A DNA stretch of 43,154 nucleotides from an uncultured Ruficoccus sp. GTDB taxonomy: Bacteria > Verrucomicrobiota > Verrucomicrobiia > Opitutales > Cerasicoccaceae. The stretch spans positions 1-43,154 of the forward strand of contig OZ223513.1 in the NCBI GenBank assembly GCA_965140785.1. The letters are read 5' to 3'. The translations under genes were made by a program, and so were the position numbers. The notes beneath the pieces were generated by a model. It did no database searches and had not been told where the DNA came from. It was given only the letters and a program-made list of their open reading frames with translations. Shown in pieces: positions 28,429 to 38,375 of the stretch; the stretch's first letter is position 1; each line of letters begins with the position of its first letter.

Positions 28429-30264
28429 CTAGGCTTTGAAAAAGCTGACCACAGCCTGTACCACCCCGGCCAGGCTTTCTCCGGCCACCAGCCCCGCCGC
28501 CAGGACGATCAGGTATTTGGCGCTCCAGTGCTTCCAGAGGCGCTCGGCCACCACCCGGGCCATCGCCCCCAGGAAAATCGCCAGGCTGATAAACGGCGGA
28601 ATGATAAAAGCGAAGCCCAGACTGGAGGCACTCGGCACCCAGTGGCGGCGCTTTTCGGGCAGGAGCGCTTCCAGGCAGGCCAGGACGACGCCGATCACGA
28701 TCGCCGCCACCACTGCCGGGCCGCAGCCCTCGGGGATGGTGTCGAGGCCCTCGGCCAGTACTTCGGCCACCGCCGCCCAGGTCGCCACCGCCGGAGCGGG
28801 CCACTCCGGGGTCAGGAGCATTTCCTGTGGGTTGGGGATGAGAACCAGGTAGGCGGCGCACCCGGCCAGCGAACCGGCCAGGATGCCGAAAATCTGCGCG
28901 ATGATCTGCGCCCGCAGGCTCGCGCCGATGAGCTTGCCCGTTTTCAAGTCGTGCAGCAGGTCCGAGCACTGCCCGGCGGCTCCGCCGGTGACGTTGGCCG
29001 TCATCAGGTTCACCGTCGTGTTGGCCGGGGAGAGAAAGCCGAAGGTTACCTGTGTGATCTTGCCCAGCGCCCCGATGGGCGGGATGCCCGTCTCCCCCGA
29101 GACGCGCGCGGCCACCACCGCCAGCAGGAATGACAACCCGAAGGCTACCGTCCCCAGCCACAGCGGGATCGAAAACACCCATTGCTGCACCACCACACAG
29201 GCGATGAAGGCTACCCCCAGCATAACCAGGAACCACTTTTTTGGAAAATACCGAGCTCCGCCCGGCGCGTTGGCCGCCTCGTCAGCAGCGGTCGTTTCGG
29301 GGTCTGCATCCGCCAGCTCAATGCCCCGGGCCGCGGCCAGCTTGTTTTTTAAAATCTTCAGCATCGACAGGGCGAACGAGGTCAGCGCCCCGGCCACCAT
29401 CAGGCTCACGCCCGGCCACAACAGCCACTCCAGCATCACCTCATACCAGGAGAGTCCGGCCAACGCCGGTTCGGCCCACCCCCGCGCCAGCAGTTCCGGC
29501 GGCAGCGCCATCCAGGCGATCACCGTGCCGATCAGCAGCGAGACGCCCACGCGCGGTCCCACGATCACCCCGAAGCCCAGCAGCAACAGCGAGGGCTGAA
29601 GCTCGATCCCCAGCATCCGCCAGCTCACGCGTTCGACCCCCTGCGCGGCGACATTGGCCGGTGCCCGGAACCCCCACTCCCGCGGCGGCCCGACCGACGG
29701 GATCTTTAAGGAAGCTTTGATAAACGCATTGTAGAGAAACACGCCAGCCGAGAGCAGCCCGGCTCCCAGCAGCGCCTTGACACGGGCGGCAGCTTCCTTG
29801 CCGTGGGCGTAGATTTCGGTGATCGTCTCGGCGGTCGCAATCCCGTTGGGAAAGGGCAGCGCCTCGCGCTCCAGCATCTGGCGGCGCACCGCCAGCGCGC
29901 AGGCGATCCCGGCGAAGCTGACCACGAACACCCACACCGTCAGCACGGGATAAGTCATTTCCTGCCCGGTCAGCAGCGCCAACGCCGGGATCGGTGCCAC
30001 GAGCCCGGCGGACAAGATCGAGGCCGCAGACGAGGCCGCCGTCTGGTTAATGTTGTTCTCCAGCAGCCCCCAGTGCTTGGCCGCGCCGAAGCGGTGCAGG
30101 CCGTTCCACCACGCGTAGCTCAGCAGCGCCGCCGCGATCGACATGTTGAAGGAGAAGCCGATCTTTAAGCCGGTGTAAATGTTACACGGAGCCAACAGCG
30201 CACCGAGCACGAAGCCCGTTATGATCGCACGGACGGTCAGTTGTCTTTCCGGAGCCGGGGGCAT
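28429..30264 (-). CDS. OPT family oligopeptide/metal-chelate transporter
   Basis: QLTVRAI, NIYTGLKIG, ENNINQTAASS, LPFPNGIATAE, GETGIPPIG, DLKTG, PAPAVATW, AAGLVAGE. Confidence 0.92.
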   Translation of the reverse strand: MPPAPERQLTVRAIITGFVLGALLAPCNIYTGLKIGFSFNMSIAAALLSYAWWNGLHRFGAAKHWGLLENNINQTAASSAASILSAGLVAPIPALALLTGQEMTYPVLTVWVFVVSFAGIACALAVRRQMLEREALPFPNGIATAETITEIYAHGKEAAARVKALLGAGLLSAGVFLYNAFIKASLKIPSVGPPREWGFRAPANVAAQGVERVSWRMLGIELQPSLLLLGFGVIVGPRVGVSLLIGTVIAWMALPPELLARGWAEPALAGLSWYEVMLEWLLWPGVSLMVAGALTSFALSMLKILKNKLAAARGIELADADPETTAADEAANAPGGARYFPKKWFLVMLGVAFIACVVVQQWVFSIPLWLGTVAFGLSFLLAVVAARVSGETGIPPIGALGKITQVTFGFLSPANTTVNLMTANVTGGAAGQCSDLLHDLKTGKLIGASLRAQIIAQIFGILAGSLAGCAAYLVLIPNPQEMLLTPEWPAPAVATWAAVAEVLAEGLDTIPEGCGPAVVAAIVIGVVLACLEALLPEKRRHWVPSASSLGFAFIIPPFISLAIFLGAMARVVAERLWKHWSAKYLIVLAAGLVAGESLAGVVQAVVSFFKA

Positions 30265-30589
30265 CGCGCGGTGATAGCGCACATGCGCCCGCCAAGGCAA
30301 GGGTAACCCGTAAGGGAGAGAAACACACGGCCAGTTTTATGATCCGCCTTTATAGGCACGAACCAGCATCAACCCGCAAAGAATGCGCAGGAGCCCCCCC
30401 CCTTATGGGCCCTATTAATACCGAATGAATACTGCTACCTTTAATTAGGGTAAAAAGCATTGATCGATGGTCCGCGCGAAGACTACTCTACGAAACGTTA
30501 GATATCTATCGGCTGCAGGCGAAGAGCCTGCCATGAGCTTCTGGATCCCTGCTTCAAGGCAATAATCATCTTAACGGATCTGCTTCCCC

Positions 30590-31243
30590 ATGAAAACAAA
30601 AGTCCTATTCGCCTTCACTGTCTGCGCAGCGCTCCTGAGCTCTCCCATGCAAGCGGCCCTCACCCTAACCTTCACCGGGACGATGAACGTTACCACCTCG
30701 GGTGACTTTGATCGTTACGATGGCTCTACCTGGACTTATACCTTTGTATCCAGCAATACTGAATATCAGGATGTCCGCGGCTATGCCGGTGTGGTGTCGG
30801 ACTCGGTCACCTTGACCATCAGTGGTGCCAGCAATCCGGACGATAACGGCACTTTTAGCCTTGTTGAAAGCAATACGACAGTCTTCGCCGTGTTTCCGAA
30901 TGTTGGGAACTCTTTCTATGGGCTACTCGACACGGAAACCGTGGCTGGTCAGTTTTATCTTGGAGAGACAGGGCCCTATGTGATGAACTTGTTTCCTAAT
31001 GGTCCGAGCGTCTTAGCTTCCTCTCCCACGGCTGGGAGTACCGTCGAATTGGCTGATTTCGACGGGATAGAGGTCGTTTCCTCTGCTGTGTCTATCAATC
31101 TCAGCAAGGATAACCCCATCAATGGAACCCAATACACGTATAACGCCACAGTCAGCGCTTCTGTCCCCGAGCCTGCGACTTATGCAGCCTTAGCTGGAGT
31201 CTGCGCGCTCGCTTGGTGTGCTTATCGCCGCCGCCGCTCTTAA
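30590..31243 (+). CDS. PEP-CTERM sorting domain protein
   Basis: Signal peptide; C-terminal VPEPATYAALAGVCALAWCAYRRRRS. Confidence 0.92.
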   Translation: MKTKVLFAFTVCAALLSSPMQAALTLTFTGTMNVTTSGDFDRYDGSTWTYTFVSSNTEYQDVRGYAGVVSDSVTLTISGASNPDDNGTFSLVESNTTVFAVFPNVGNSFYGLLDTETVAGQFYLGETGPYVMNLFPNGPSVLASSPTAGSTVELADFDGIEVVSSAVSINLSKDNPINGTQYTYNATVSASVPEPATYAALAGVCALAWCAYRRRRS

Positions 31244-31498
31244 ACGGCGCAAGCCAGCAGCCCTGCCCTGCTCCCCAACTGGACGGTCGCATATGCGAGG
31301 GTGTGAAGACAGCCATTCGCCAGCCCTGTGCTCGAGTGCCGAGGTGTGATGAATCCTCCGTCCACCCTTGAAAATCCTGCGCCGCCGTTAACGGCTTTTA
31401 GTTAAATATCCGGTTAGCCTTTGACACCCTCAAACGGTTGTGAGATGGTCAATCTGACTACGTCCGGTGCCCCCTTGGCCCGGACCTCTCACTCAGTT

Positions 31499-33274
31499 AT
31501 GTGCGGAATTAGCGGAATCATGGAGTTTAACGGACGTGCGCCCGATCCGGCGCAGGTCTCCCGAATGATGGATACGATGGTCCCCCGGGGACCCGATGGC
31601 GACGGCCTCGTCATGCGCGGCCCGGTAGTCCTCGGGCACCGGCGGCTCAAGATCATCGACTTGAGCGAAGCGGCTCAGCAGCCGATGGTGGATGCCGCCC
31701 TCGGCCTGACCATCGTTTACAATGGCGCCATCTATAATTATCCGGAGCTGCGCAAGGAGCTCGAAGGCAAGGGCTACACCTTCTTCAGCCACGGCGACAC
31801 CGAGGTTATTCTAAAGGCCTTTCACGCTTGGGGCGCGGACTGCGTCAAGCACATGAACGGCATGTTCGCCTTCGCCATCCATGAGCGCGAAACCGGCCGA
31901 CTCACCCTGGCCCGCGACCGCCTCGGGATCAAGCCGCTCTATTATACCAAGAGCGCCGAGGCCCTGCGCTTCGCCTCCACCCTGCCCGCGCTGCTCGCCG
32001 CCGGAGGTGTGGACACCTCGCTCGATCCGGTCGCGCTCAACTACTACATGACCTTCCACTCGGTCGTCCCGCCCGAGCGCACCATCCTCAGTGGCGTGAA
32101 AAAACTCCCGCCCGCCACCGTCGCCGTGGTCGAGCCCGACGGCAAGATGACCCAGACCAAGTATTGGGATCTTCAATACGGTCCGCGCGAAGAGGAGAAA
32201 AACTTCTCCCAGCGCGACTGGGAAGATGCCACCCTCGAAGTCATGCGCCTGGCCGTCAAGCGCCGCCTCATCGCCGACGTGCCGGTCGGCGTGCTGCTCT
32301 CCGGCGGCCTCGACTCGAGCCTCATCGTGGGCTTGCTGGCTGAGCACAGCAACCAGCAGATCGAGACCTTTTCCATCGGCTTCGAAACCGTCGGCGACGA
32401 GGCCGGGGACGAGTTCAAATACTCCGATGTCATCGTCGAGCATTTCCAGACCAAGCACCACAAGCTGCCCATCGACTCGACCCGCGCCCTGCCCGCCCTC
32501 AAAGCCTGCATCGCGCAAATGTCCGAGCCCATGGTCAGCCACGACAACGTCGGCTTCTACATGCTCTCGCAGGAGGTGGCCAAGTTCGTCAAGGTCGTCC
32601 AGAGCGGCCAGGGGGCGGACGAGATTTTCGGCGGCTACCACTGGTACCCGCCCATGATGACCGCCTCCGACCCGCTGGCGAGCTACGCCAACGCGTTCTT
32701 CGACCGCGACTACGCCGAGTATTGCGAACTGGTGGAGCAGAAGTGGCAGCAGGGCGACTTCGCCCGCGACTTCGTCAAGGCGCACTTCGCCAAGCCCGGT
32801 GCCGACGCTGCCATTGACAAGGCCATGCGCCTGGACGCGCAGGTCATGCTGGTGGACGACCCGGTCAAGCGCGTGGACAACAACACCATGGCCGCCTCCC
32901 TGGAGGCCCGCGTGCCCTTCCTCGACCACGAGGTGGTGGAGTTCGCCGCCCGCGTTCCCCCGGAACTCAAGATCCAGGACGACGGCAAGTACGTGCTCAA
33001 GGAAGCCGCCCGCCGCGTCATCCCTGCCGAGGTCATTGACCGGCCCAAGGGCTACTTCCCGGTCCCCGCGCTGAAGTACCTGCGCGGCGAATTCCTCGAC
33101 ATGGCCCGCGAGTCCCTCCTCAACGACACCGCCCGCTCCCGCGGCCTCTTCCAGGGCGCCTACGTGGAGAAGCTCCTGGCCGCGCCCGAGGAGCACATCA
33201 CCCCCCTGCGCGGCTCGAAGCTGTGGCAGCTCTCCCTGCTCGAACTGTGGCTGCAATCGCACGGTATTTCATGA
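31499..33274 (+). CDS. N-acetylglutaminylglutamine amidotransferase (asparagine synthase family)
   Basis: MCGI Ntn start, GHRRLKIIDLS, LLSGGLDSS, SGQGADE, MLVDDPVKRVDN, RGSKLWQL; adjacent to ngg. Confidence 0.92.
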   Translation: MCGISGIMEFNGRAPDPAQVSRMMDTMVPRGPDGDGLVMRGPVVLGHRRLKIIDLSEAAQQPMVDAALGLTIVYNGAIYNYPELRKELEGKGYTFFSHGDTEVILKAFHAWGADCVKHMNGMFAFAIHERETGRLTLARDRLGIKPLYYTKSAEALRFASTLPALLAAGGVDTSLDPVALNYYMTFHSVVPPERTILSGVKKLPPATVAVVEPDGKMTQTKYWDLQYGPREEEKNFSQRDWEDATLEVMRLAVKRRLIADVPVGVLLSGGLDSSLIVGLLAEHSNQQIETFSIGFETVGDEAGDEFKYSDVIVEHFQTKHHKLPIDSTRALPALKACIAQMSEPMVSHDNVGFYMLSQEVAKFVKVVQSGQGADEIFGGYHWYPPMMTASDPLASYANAFFDRDYAEYCELVEQKWQQGDFARDFVKAHFAKPGADAAIDKAMRLDAQVMLVDDPVKRVDNNTMAASLEARVPFLDHEVVEFAARVPPELKIQDDGKYVLKEAARRVIPAEVIDRPKGYFPVPALKYLRGEFLDMARESLLNDTARSRGLFQGAYVEKLLAAPEEHITPLRGSKLWQLSLLELWLQSHGIS

Positions 33275-33288
33275 TTGTAAATGTATTG

Positions 33289-33430
33289 AATGGCTAAATG
33301 GCTGGATGGTTGGATGGTTACACACGATAACCTCTCCCCCAAAAGCCAAAGCTCGTATTTACGGCCATCAAACACCTGCTGTTCGCGTTATCTACCCAGC
33401 CATTTAGCCTTTTAACCGATTAGCCATTTT
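33289..33430. repeat. Intergenic element with inverted octamer-repeat arms
   Basis: Left arm ATGGCTAA ATGGCTGG ATGGTTGG ATGGTT; right arm AGCCATTT AGCCTTTT AACCGATT AGCCATTT; perfect 14-bp pair 33292-33305 / 33396-33409. Confidence 0.75.
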
Positions 33431-33434
33431 TCCC

Positions 33435-35099
33435 ATGGAAGTCCTACAAACCAAGCCCGGCACTGTTCTGCAATGCGGCTGGGGTCGCCTGCTCTTCGCC
33501 GACACCTTTCCCGCGCCCGAGGCGCTGGCCGAGTCGATCCTGGCCGAGCGCGACGACCAGCGCGACATTGCGCTGTACTTGCTCGATCCGCACCTGGTGC
33601 TCAACTGCGCCCCGCAGCAGATCTTCCTCGATCCCTCCAACACCTACCGGCTGTACTTCAACCAGTACAAAAAGCCCGACCGCGAGCCCGCCGGCTTCGA
33701 GATCCGCGAGGTTACGCATAAGGAGGATCTCGACGAGATCAACCGCATCTACAGCTCGTTGAACATGGTGCCGGTGGACCAGGAGTACGTCTGGAAGGAG
33801 CGCCACCACGAGGCTTTCACCTACTTCGTCGCGATCAAGAGCGACACCCAGGAAATCATTGGAACGACCATGGGCGTCGATCACCGTTGCTGCGGCGAAC
33901 ACATGGCCAATCGGTGCAGCCTGTGGGCGCTCGGCGTGGACCCGCGAGCGGAATTGCCCGGTGTCGGTCTGGCCCTGGTCAACCACCTGATCGAGTACTA
34001 CGGCGCGCGCGGACGCGAGGAGATGGATGTATCCGTTATCCATGACAACAACAAGGCCCAGCGCCTGTACGAGAAGCTCGGCTTCCAGCGTATCTACATC
34101 TTTGCCGCCAAGCGCCGCAACCGCATCAACGAGCGGCTCTTCGTCGGCTCGCCCGCGCCCGAGGGCTACAACCCTTACGCCTCTATCATCATCAACGAGG
34201 CCCTCCGCCGCGGCATCGCAGTGGACCCGATTTCGCCCGAACGCGGGTACTTCCGGCTCAGTCTGGGCGGGCGCAGCGTCACCTGCTGGGAGTCCCTGTG
34301 CGAGCTGACCAGCGCCATCGCGCTCAAGCGGACCGAGGACAAGCAGTTCACCCGCGAAATCCTCAACGAGCACAAGCTTTCCACCCCGGACCAGATCGTG
34401 GCCGGCGACGCGCGTAAGGACCTGCGCTTCCTCAACATGCACAAGAGCGTCGTGGTCAAGCCACTACACGGCGAGCAGGGCCAGGGTATCTCCGTCGATG
34501 TGCGCTCGGAGGAGTCCTTGAAAAAGGCCCTCGACAAGGCCCGCGTGCACGACGACACCGTATTGATCGAGCAATACGTCGAAGGGCAGGATCTGCGTAT
34601 CATTGTCATCAATCAGGAAGTCGTGGCCGCCGCCGAGCGTCGCCCCCCGAGTGTGACCGGCACCGGTGAGCACACCGTCCGCGAACTGATCGAAAAGCTC
34701 AGTCGCCGCCGCTCAGCCGCAACCGGCGGCGAGAGTACAATCCCACTCGATGAGGAAACCGAGCGCTGCGTCCACATGGCCGGCTACGGTCTCGACGACG
34801 TGTTGGAGAAGAAAACCTCCATCCCCGTGCGCAAGACCGCCAACCTCCACACCGGCGGCACCATCCACGACGTAACCGAGCAGCTTCACCCCACCCTGGC
34901 CGACGCCAGCGTCCGCGCCGCCCGCGCGCTGGACATCCCGGTGGTCGGCCTCGACCTCATTGTTACCTCGCCGGACAAGCCCGAGTACGTCTTCATCGAG
35001 GGCAACGAACGCCCCGGCCTGGCCAATCACGAACCTCAGCCGACGGCGGAAAAGTTTATCGACTTCCTCTTCCCGCAGACCATCACCCCTCCGGCCTGA
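33435..35099 (+). CDS. ngg: N-acetylglutaminylglutamine synthetase (GNAT plus ATP-grasp)
   Basis: CGWGRLLF, RDIALY, FLDPS, GNAT SLWALGVDP, ATP-grasp VVKPLHGEQG, ANLHTGG, NERPGLANHEPQPTAE. Confidence 0.93.
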   Translation: MEVLQTKPGTVLQCGWGRLLFADTFPAPEALAESILAERDDQRDIALYLLDPHLVLNCAPQQIFLDPSNTYRLYFNQYKKPDREPAGFEIREVTHKEDLDEINRIYSSLNMVPVDQEYVWKERHHEAFTYFVAIKSDTQEIIGTTMGVDHRCCGEHMANRCSLWALGVDPRAELPGVGLALVNHLIEYYGARGREEMDVSVIHDNNKAQRLYEKLGFQRIYIFAAKRRNRINERLFVGSPAPEGYNPYASIIINEALRRGIAVDPISPERGYFRLSLGGRSVTCWESLCELTSAIALKRTEDKQFTREILNEHKLSTPDQIVAGDARKDLRFLNMHKSVVVKPLHGEQGQGISVDVRSEESLKKALDKARVHDDTVLIEQYVEGQDLRIIVINQEVVAAAERRPPSVTGTGEHTVRELIEKLSRRRSAATGGESTIPLDEETERCVHMAGYGLDDVLEKKTSIPVRKTANLHTGGTIHDVTEQLHPTLADASVRAARALDIPVVGLDLIVTSPDKPEYVFIEGNERPGLANHEPQPTAEKFIDFLFPQTITPPA

Positions 35100-35142
35100 G
35101 CGGGTTGACTCTTCGCGCATTTGCCCTTCCTTCTTTCTCTGT

Positions 35143-36405
35143 ATGCCCAAAAAGAAACCGGACGGCCCCGACACCGATTATCTCCAGCAGGTCCTGCTCA
35201 AGCTTCTGAGTATCCATAGCCCCTCGGGCTACACCGACCCGATTGTGCGTGAGCTGTGCAACGAGCTCGACGCCTTGGAGCTACCCTACGAGATCACCCG
35301 CCGCGGTGCCGTGCGCACCACCCTGCCCGGCCGCGCCTACAGCCCGGACCGCGCCATCGTCGGTCACGTCGATACGCTCGGAGCCGTGGTCAAAAACCTG
35401 AAGGACAACGGCCGCACCGAGATCGTCCCTGTCGGCACCTGGTCGGCCCGCTTCGCCGAGGGCGCCCGCGTCTCGCTCTACACGGACACCGGTATTTACC
35501 GCGGCACGATCCTGCCGCTGAAGGCCTCCGGCCACACCTATAACGACGCCATCGATACCCAGCCCGGCATTTGGGAAAACCTCGAACTGCGCATCGACGA
35601 GGACTTTTTCACCCGCGAGGACCTGCTCAAGGGCGGCGTGCAGATTGGCGACTTTATCGGCGTGGATTCGCAAGCGGAGTTTTTGCAGAACGGCTACATC
35701 AACTCGCGCCACCTCGACGACAAGGCGGGCGTCGCCGCCATGCTCACTGCGGCCAAGTACATCATGGACCACAAGATCGAGCTGCCGGTCGAGTGCCACC
35801 TGCTCTTTACCATTTCCGAGGAGGTCGGCTCGGGCGCATCCGCCGTGCTTCACGGTGACGTGGCCGAAATGGTCTCGATCGACAACGGAACCGTCGCCCC
35901 CGGCCAGAACTCCAGCGAGAGCGGCGTGACTATCGCCATGGGCGACTCGACCGGGCCCTTCGACTACCACCTCACGCATCACCTGATCAACCTTTGCGAG
36001 AAGAACGCCATCGCGCACCAGCGGGATATCTTTAAGTACTACCGCTGCGACAGCGCCTCGGCTCTGGAGGCCGGAAACGACATCCGCACCGCGCTAGTGA
36101 CCTTCGGCGTGGACGCCTCCCATGGCTACGAGCGTACAAACCTCGATTCCCTCGCCTGCATCACCCGGCTGATCGTCGCCTACTGCCAGACGAACCTTAT
36201 CTACCAGCGCCAGCGCAAGCACCTCGGCTCCCTCAACACCTTCCCCAAGGTGAAAAAGACCGACGTGCCCCTGACGCAGCTTGAGCAGACCGAATCCCTC
36301 GCGCAGATCCCCCCCTCGCCGCCCAAAGTAGAAAAAGCCGCCAAGCCTGCCAAGTCCGGCAAGGATTCCCCCGCGAAAGCGACCCCGGCCAAACCGAAAA
36401 AATAA
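35143..36405 (+). CDS. NAGGN system M42 family peptidase
   Basis: SPSGYTD, HVDTLGA, GTWSARFAEG, SRHLDDKAG, EEVGSG, DASHGYERT; third gene of the NAGGN operon. Confidence 0.92.
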   Translation: MPKKKPDGPDTDYLQQVLLKLLSIHSPSGYTDPIVRELCNELDALELPYEITRRGAVRTTLPGRAYSPDRAIVGHVDTLGAVVKNLKDNGRTEIVPVGTWSARFAEGARVSLYTDTGIYRGTILPLKASGHTYNDAIDTQPGIWENLELRIDEDFFTREDLLKGGVQIGDFIGVDSQAEFLQNGYINSRHLDDKAGVAAMLTAAKYIMDHKIELPVECHLLFTISEEVGSGASAVLHGDVAEMVSIDNGTVAPGQNSSESGVTIAMGDSTGPFDYHLTHHLINLCEKNAIAHQRDIFKYYRCDSASALEAGNDIRTALVTFGVDASHGYERTNLDSLACITRLIVAYCQTNLIYQRQRKHLGSLNTFPKVKKTDVPLTQLEQTESLAQIPPSPPKVEKAAKPAKSGKDSPAKATPAKPKK

Positions 36406-36458
36406 ACCGCCGCCAAACACAGTGGACGTTTTCGCTCGGAATGTGATAGTTAATCTCA

Positions 36459-36950
36459 ATGAGCCAGAACGCAAAAGTCGCCGGAATCTGTGTGATCATT
36501 GTGGCGGTGGTGCTGGGCTTCATCATGCTGGGCCGCAGCAGTGACGAGCAGCAGATCCACGACCAGCTAGACAAGCTGGAGGAACTCGGCTCCAAGCCCG
36601 CGGGAGAGGGGCAGCTTCAGAGCCTCGCAGCGGCCAAGAAAATCGCTGACTGCTTTACCGAACAGGCCGAAGTGCGCATCATGCCGGAACTCTCCTACAC
36701 CTCCAACCGCAAGGAGCTAACCGGCATGATGGTGGCCGCCCGCAACCGCGTGAGCAGTTCCGACGTCAGCCTCGGTAACCGCTCGATCAGCATCTCCGAG
36801 GACGGACGGCGGGCCACCGTTATCACCACCGGCACCGCCAGCGTGGTCATCGGCGGCGAGCACGACCGTCACAAAGACCGCTACCGGATGGAGTTTATCA
36901 AAATCGACGGCGACTGGCTCATCTCCAGCGTCGAACCCGCCGGTGACTGA
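36459..36950 (+). CDS. Membrane-anchored NTF2/SnoaL-like protein
   Basis: N-terminal TM helix; ADCFTEQA, ISEDGRRATV, FIKIDGDWLISS pattern. Confidence 0.65.
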   Translation: MSQNAKVAGICVIIVAVVLGFIMLGRSSDEQQIHDQLDKLEELGSKPAGEGQLQSLAAAKKIADCFTEQAEVRIMPELSYTSNRKELTGMMVAARNRVSSSDVSLGNRSISISEDGRRATVITTGTASVVIGGEHDRHKDRYRMEFIKIDGDWLISSVEPAGD

Positions 36951-36992
36951 GTTTGACTCGCTCCGCCGCAAGCGGAAAAATCCCGCGAAATC

Positions 36993-37553
36993 TCAGGATC
37001 GCAAGCGTCTCCAGCCAGCCACAGCGAAAGCTCCCACACCAATCAGCACCGCATAGGTCGCGGGCTCAGGTACGACTCCCCCCACTTGGGTGTTGGGATC
37101 CGGAAACGGGTCCCCGGAATTATAACCGGCCGACAGGATGAAGCTGCTCGCATCCACATTCTCGGGGTTGAAAACCGCTCCGCCGCCGAGGACTTCGAAA
37201 GAGAATGAAAAAACCTGCCCCGCAGCGATGGTGTATTCGGTGAAAAACGATATATACTCGCTGTTATCTGGATTACGGGACGATGAAACCGTCGTTGCCT
37301 GATTCGTTACGCCGGAATCATTGACCGGCAGGGGATTATCAGGCACGCCCGCGATGACCCAATCAGTCCCTTGCGGACTCCAAAGATAAAGAACATTGGA
37401 GAATTCAGTGCCGATATTCGCGTCAGGATCTATCGTTCCGCTGATCTGGCCCAAAAAGGTGGTATCATCGAATACCTCTATGTTCAGGGAGAGAACCCCA
37501 TAGGCAGAGCTCAGGCCAAGCGTGCATAGAAGCAGGAGCGACACAAATCTCAT
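36993..37553 (-). CDS. PEP-CTERM sorting domain protein
   Basis: Signal peptide MRFVSLLLLCTLGLSSAYG; C-terminal VPEPATYAVLIGVGAFAVAGWRRLRS. Confidence 0.9.
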   Translation of the reverse strand: MRFVSLLLLCTLGLSSAYGVLSLNIEVFDDTTFLGQISGTIDPDANIGTEFSNVLYLWSPQGTDWVIAGVPDNPLPVNDSGVTNQATTVSSSRNPDNSEYISFFTEYTIAAGQVFSFSFEVLGGGAVFNPENVDASSFILSAGYNSGDPFPDPNTQVGGVVPEPATYAVLIGVGAFAVAGWRRLRS

Positions 37554-37645
37554 AATACCCATGGCCAATATCAATACCTCACGCATAACCAACAATGATA
37601 CAACAGGTCAATCCAAAAACATTTCTCCTCCTGCGTGGTGTCAGT

Positions 37646-38020
37646 TTACCATTTCGGCAACCAGGATCGGTTTCTCGCCACCCAGCGATAAACCGCCTCG
37701 CTCAGAGCGCGAAAGAACCCCCACCGACGGTAGCAGCGCCAGAGCAGCGACCAGCCGCGCACGTCCTTCAAAACCCGAAAAACCGCCGCCGCCCCGCGGA
37801 AAACGCGCCCGTCCGGTTCGATCAGGTGGACGGCCTCGGCGAAGGCACTCTCCCCCACCTCGGGAAAGCGTGTCATGACTTCCTGATACGGCGCGGTGTC
37901 GAGGTACTCGGGGGTACGCTTTTTCAGCCGCCGTACCCACCGCCCGCAAAAACGGCAGTCACCGTCCCAGACCAGGAGTGGTTGGGCCGGTGGTTGATCG
38001 ACGGTATCGGGGGCGGGCAT
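37646..38020 (-). CDS. DCC family thiol-disulfide oxidoreductase (DUF393)
   Basis: VWDGDCRFC, GRVFRGAAA, YRWVARNR. Confidence 0.9.
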   Translation of the reverse strand: MPAPDTVDQPPAQPLLVWDGDCRFCGRWVRRLKKRTPEYLDTAPYQEVMTRFPEVGESAFAEAVHLIEPDGRVFRGAAAVFRVLKDVRGWSLLWRCYRRWGFFRALSEAVYRWVARNRSWLPKW

Positions 38021-38031
38021 GGTGTCTTATC

Positions 38032-38157
38032 TTAACGGCAAAGGCTCCAAGGCGCAAAGAACATATCGATGCTTCAATTCGCGAAAGCAGCGGTTAAAAA
38101 TGGCCTGGAAAGAAAATATCATCCTTCACCCTTTGCGTCTCTGCCCTTTGCGGTTAA
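38032..38157. repeat. 126-bp inverted-repeat element, TTAACCGCAAAG family, copy 2
   Basis: Left arm TTAACGGCAAAGGCTCCAAGGCGCAAAG; right arm reverse complement TTAACCGCAAAGGGCAGAGACGCAAAG. Confidence 0.8.
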
Positions 38158-38173
38158 AATTTAGATCGTCCCC

Positions 38174-38296
38174 ATGAGCAAAACCGCCTGCGAGATCAAA
38201 GACTACACATCCCCTAAAGAGGCCAAGTACATCTGCAAAAAATGCGGGGCGAAGGCCAACAAGGAGAAGAAGCTCTGCAAACCCGCAAAGCGATAG
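38174..38296 (+). CDS. 40-aa Lys/Cys-rich microprotein (not in the ORF track)
   Basis: MSKTACEIKDYTSPKEAKYICKKCGAKANKEKKLCKPAKR*; four Cys including CxxC, codons with C/G third positions. Confidence 0.7.
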   Translation: MSKTACEIKDYTSPKEAKYICKKCGAKANKEKKLCKPAKR

Positions 38297-38375
38297 GTCT
38301 CTGTTGAAGCGTTGAGCCGCTGCCTCAGATAAGTTCTGTCGAAGCGTTTTCTTAAAGGCACTTCGATGAACAAAT

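Noticed and set aside
30511..30560. GCAGGC-GAAGA-GCCTGC hairpin upstream of a PEP-CTERM gene as a c-di-GMP riboswitch
   Set aside because: Lacks the GCAAA/GNRA-receptor two-stem pattern.
31811..34442. Antisense ORFs of 483 aa and 332 aa over the NAGGN genes
   Set aside because: Shadow ORFs of high-GC coding sequence.
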